Of a stretch of DNA of 57,591 bases, positions 57,308 to 57,591 are shown one piece after another (position 1 is the first letter of the stretch; the number at the start of each line of letters is the position of its first letter). The notes under the pieces are model-generated. The model made no database searches. It was not told the origin of the DNA and worked only from the letters and a program-made list of their open reading frames with translations. The position numbers and the translations under genes are program-made. The DNA lies in IMG/VR virus record IMGVR_UViG_3300042892_000963, positions 1-57,591 of that record; one strand, given 5' to 3'. Origin of the DNA: a virus. Taxonomy: Duplodnaviria > Caudoviricetes.

Positions 57308-57591
57308 TTGACAGATAAAAAAGAAACAGGCCTAGACGCAATGGCAGGCGATGGCGGATATCAAGAAGCATACCTAGGCGATCACATCCGCTTTAAAATG
57401 AAACGTGAGGGCAAACGTTTCTGGGCAGGTGACAACATTAGTGATTACCTGCACGAAGGCGACATAGAAAAACTAATCGACGAAGCAACTCCTGCATTTG
57501 AACAAGTGCTAGATAGTTTGCTTATTGATCGTGAAAACGATCCCAACAGTAAAGGTACTGCAAGACGACTTGCCAAGATGTACTTTAATGA
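57308..57591 (+). CDS. folE: GTP cyclohydrolase I (partial, runs off the window)
   Basis: TTG start after GGAG; RFWAGDNIS...DPNSKGTARRLAKMYFN matches the FolE T..R.AKMY segment. Confidence 0.85.
   Translation, partial: MTDKKETGLDAMAGDGGYQEAYLGDHIRFKMKREGKRFWAGDNISDYLHEGDIEKLIDEATPAFEQVLDSLLIDRENDPNSKGTARRLAKMYFN

Noticed and set aside
1-57591. Bacterial chromosome origin, given kdsA/B, iscU/A, clpA, dnaJ and sod
   Set aside because: These genes are interspersed with T4-like PolB, clamp and loader, tail genes, a lysis cassette, late TAAATA promoters and dense hypothetical ORFs; the native bacterial operon contexts are missing.
1-57591. Stop-codon reassignment as seen in some large phages
   Set aside because: Long genes are intact in code 11, and TAA, TGA and TAG (iscA) all end genes at expected positions.
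1-57591. tRNA/rRNA genes, CRISPR array or integrase/transposase
   Set aside because: Intergenic gaps are short, and I saw no cloverleaf, regularly spaced repeat-spacer pattern or recombinase motif. tRNAscan would be needed to exclude tRNAs formally.

Overview
Gene-dense 57.6-kb segment of a large T4-like (myovirus-type) phage genome, almost all on the + strand, standard genetic code. The host is probably a Gram-negative proteobacterium (Kdo genes, spanin pair, IscU/IscA/ErpA). In order it holds: kdsB and small early genes; two paralogous virion-type proteins; a CstII/Maf-fold transferase, queD, kdsA and a GT8-like glycosyltransferase; uvsE, sod, iscU, iscA; a ~16-kb tail/baseplate block; a stand-alone DnaE fragment, a GroES-like protein, a MazG-like protein, a cytidylyltransferase, a clamp loader, a radical SAM enzyme and phoH; a lysis cassette (GH19 endolysin, embedded spanins, holin); dnaJ-clpA; a cluster of probable internal head proteins; PolB with its sliding clamp; and a 7-deazaguanine cluster (DpdA/TGT-like, QueD-paralog DpdL-like, GT-B glycosyltransferase, partial folE). 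Best leads: (1) a deazaguanine DNA-modification pathway linked to a glycosyltransferase; (2) two related preQ1-I-like pseudoknot leaders upstream of queD and folE; (3) a phage CMP-Kdo glycosylation pathway; (4) modular, apparently protease-processed head proteins, one with a latent signal peptide; (5) a structured polB leader, terminators containing -35 boxes, and many leaderless transcripts. All protein calls come from motif recognition by eye; no database searches were run.
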